From an uncultured delta proteobacterium (lineage in GTDB: Bacteria > Myxococcota_A > Polyangia > Polyangiales > Polyangiaceae): a DNA stretch of 64,000 nt. The position numbers and the translations under genes are program-made. Where the stretch lies: contig CAVOKF010000005.1 of NCBI GenBank assembly GCA_963696385.1, positions 1,248,001-1,312,000 on the forward strand, written 5' to 3'. Below, piece by piece: positions 62,540 to 64,000 of this stretch (position 1 is its first letter; the number at the start of each line of letters is the position of its first letter). Under the pieces are notes generated by a model, which saw nothing but the letters and a program-made list of their open reading frames with translations, did no database searches and was not told the origin of the DNA.

Positions 62540-63070
62540 ATGGATTTGCGCGCAGATGCCCACGTCCCCTTCCCCCGCGGCATGGTCTTCGCCGCTTATC
62601 GCGACGACATGCCGCACGTTCTGCGGTACTTGCCCAACGTTCGGAGTATCGAGATCACGTCGCGAAGACAAGAGGGTCCTCGCGTCGACGTCGTGAACGT
62701 CTGGCATGGTGGAGGGCAGATTCCGAGGGCTTTGCGGGCCGTTCTCAACGAATCGATGCTTCAGTGGACCGACCATGCGACCTGGGATGCGTCGTCGTTC
62801 CGCTGTGAGTGGCGTACGCAGACGCACGCGTTTCCCACGGCCGTCACGTGCAGCGGATGCACCGTGTTCATGGAGGACGGTCCCCGCGCGTCGCTGCTCG
62901 AGATTCGCGGCGAGCTCACGGTCGATGCCAAGAAGATTCGCGGGGTCCCGTCGTTCGTGGCTGCCAACCTGAGCCGGCTGATCGAAGATTTCTTGGTCGC
63001 CAACATACGAGCGAATTTCGCCGAAACCGCTCGTGGACTCGCGAAGCATCTGACCGATCGCGCCGGTTAG
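62540..63070 (+). CDS. Hypothetical START/SRPBCC (DUF2505-like) fold protein
   Basis: Alpha/beta pattern with C-terminal helix (VFAAYRDD..YLPNV...WTDHATWD...IEDFLV). Confidence 0.6.
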   Translation: MDLRADAHVPFPRGMVFAAYRDDMPHVLRYLPNVRSIEITSRRQEGPRVDVVNVWHGGGQIPRALRAVLNESMLQWTDHATWDASSFRCEWRTQTHAFPTAVTCSGCTVFMEDGPRASLLEIRGELTVDAKKIRGVPSFVAANLSRLIEDFLVANIRANFAETARGLAKHLTDRAG

Positions 63071-63159
63071 CACTGCCATGGAAATAACGACATAAGTCGT
63101 TGAATGTCCATCCAAGGGGGGGGTGGGCCAGCTGCCCATCCGGTCTGTCGCGGAGTAGA

Positions 63160-64000
63160 TCAGGGTCGAGCGATTTGGTCGAGCGCGAAGGCGTATTCGT
63201 CGGCAAGCTTTTCGACGGTGGACCGAACCAGATCGGCGCCTCCGTGGCCCGAGTGCTTTTCGATGCGCAGCAGCACCGGACCGCCGACCGAAGCCCATTG
63301 GAGCTCTGCCGCGAACTTTCGGGCGTGCATGGGGTCCACCCGGTCGTCGCTGTCTGCGCTCAACAGCAGCGTGGCCGGGTACCGCGTGCCTTTGGTGACG
63401 TGATGGATGGGCGAATAAGCATAGAGAGCCGCAAAGTCGTCCGCGTCATCCGCCGATCCGTACTCGGTGACCCACGTCTTGCCGCTGCCGAACAGCTGGT
63501 ACCGAAGCATGTCGAGAAGCGGCACTCCGCACAACGCAACGCGGAACAAATCCGGTCGCTGCGTGATGGCAGCGCCGACCAGCAGCCCTCCGTTCGAAGC
63601 ACCCATCGCGACGAGCTTTTCGGGTACCGTGAGTCCAAGTCGGACGAGCTCTTCGGCGACAGCATAGTAATCGTCGAACACGTGCTGCTTTTCGCGTCGC
63701 ATGCCGTGACGGTGCCACCCTTCGCCGTATTCGCTGCCGCCGCGCAAATTCGCGACCACCCAAATCCCGCCGTGCTCGAGCCACGGGAAGATCGACGACG
63801 AGAAAACGGGCGTCTGCGCGGCCTGAAACCCGCCGTAGCCATAGAGGATCGTCGGCGCTTGCCCGGTGGGGCGCAGGTCCCCGGCGCGCACGACGAAAAA
63901 GGGGACGCGCGTGCCGTCGCGACTTGCCGCAAAACGCTGCTCGACGACGTATTTGGAGGCGTCCACGGGAACCTTCAGCGTGTACCAACTCGATGTCTTG
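63160..64000 (-). CDS. Prolyl oligopeptidase (S9A), 5' part outside the window
   Basis: YGYGGF, NLRGGSEYG, GASNGG nucleophile, DDRV, SGHG. Confidence 0.95.
   Translation of the reverse strand, partial: KTSSWYTLKVPVDASKYVVEQRFAASRDGTRVPFFVVRAGDLRPTGQAPTILYGYGGFQAAQTPVFSSSIFPWLEHGGIWVVANLRGGSEYGEGWHRHGMRREKQHVFDDYYAVAEELVRLGLTVPEKLVAMGASNGGLLVGAAITQRPDLFRVALCGVPLLDMLRYQLFGSGKTWVTEYGSADDADDFAALYAYSPIHHVTKGTRYPATLLLSADSDDRVDPMHARKFAAELQWASVGGPVLLRIEKHSGHGGADLVRSTVEKLADEYAFALDQIARP

Noticed and set aside
63067..63075. CIRCE-like TTAGCACTG
   Set aside because: It is a half-site only, overlapping a stop codon between convergent genes.

Overview
This GC-rich window most likely comes from a myxobacterium (Myxococcota, probably Polyangiales-like). 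That call is inferred from romR near valS, an sgmX-like TPR gene, pilB/pilT and many cNMP/FHA/kinase/lipoprotein genes. Most of it is core chromosome: valS, romR, hrcA, skp-lpxD-fabZ-lpxA, tldD, pdxA, moeB, pilBT, exbBD-tonB, truD, glnB-glnA, uppP, ppiD and several peptidases. I saw no rRNA, tRNA, CRISPR array or transposase. Five observations stand out. (1) A tightly coupled operon of unknown function encodes a DUF2760-like protein and two atypical Hsp70s, and the first protein has a GrpE-like C-terminal pattern. (2) Three gene-breaking lesions (lpxA, an ATP-dependent ligase, a hypothetical gene) all fall at a would-be GATC, suggesting GATC modification or a basecalling artefact. (3) There is an actinobacterial GlnR-like atypical regulator and a GlnR-box-like repeat upstream of glnB-glnA. 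(4) A two-copy structured intergenic element of about 160 bp looks REP/MITE-like. (5) A ligase-associated exonuclease is degenerate. All family assignments come from recognising motifs by eye, not from database searches.
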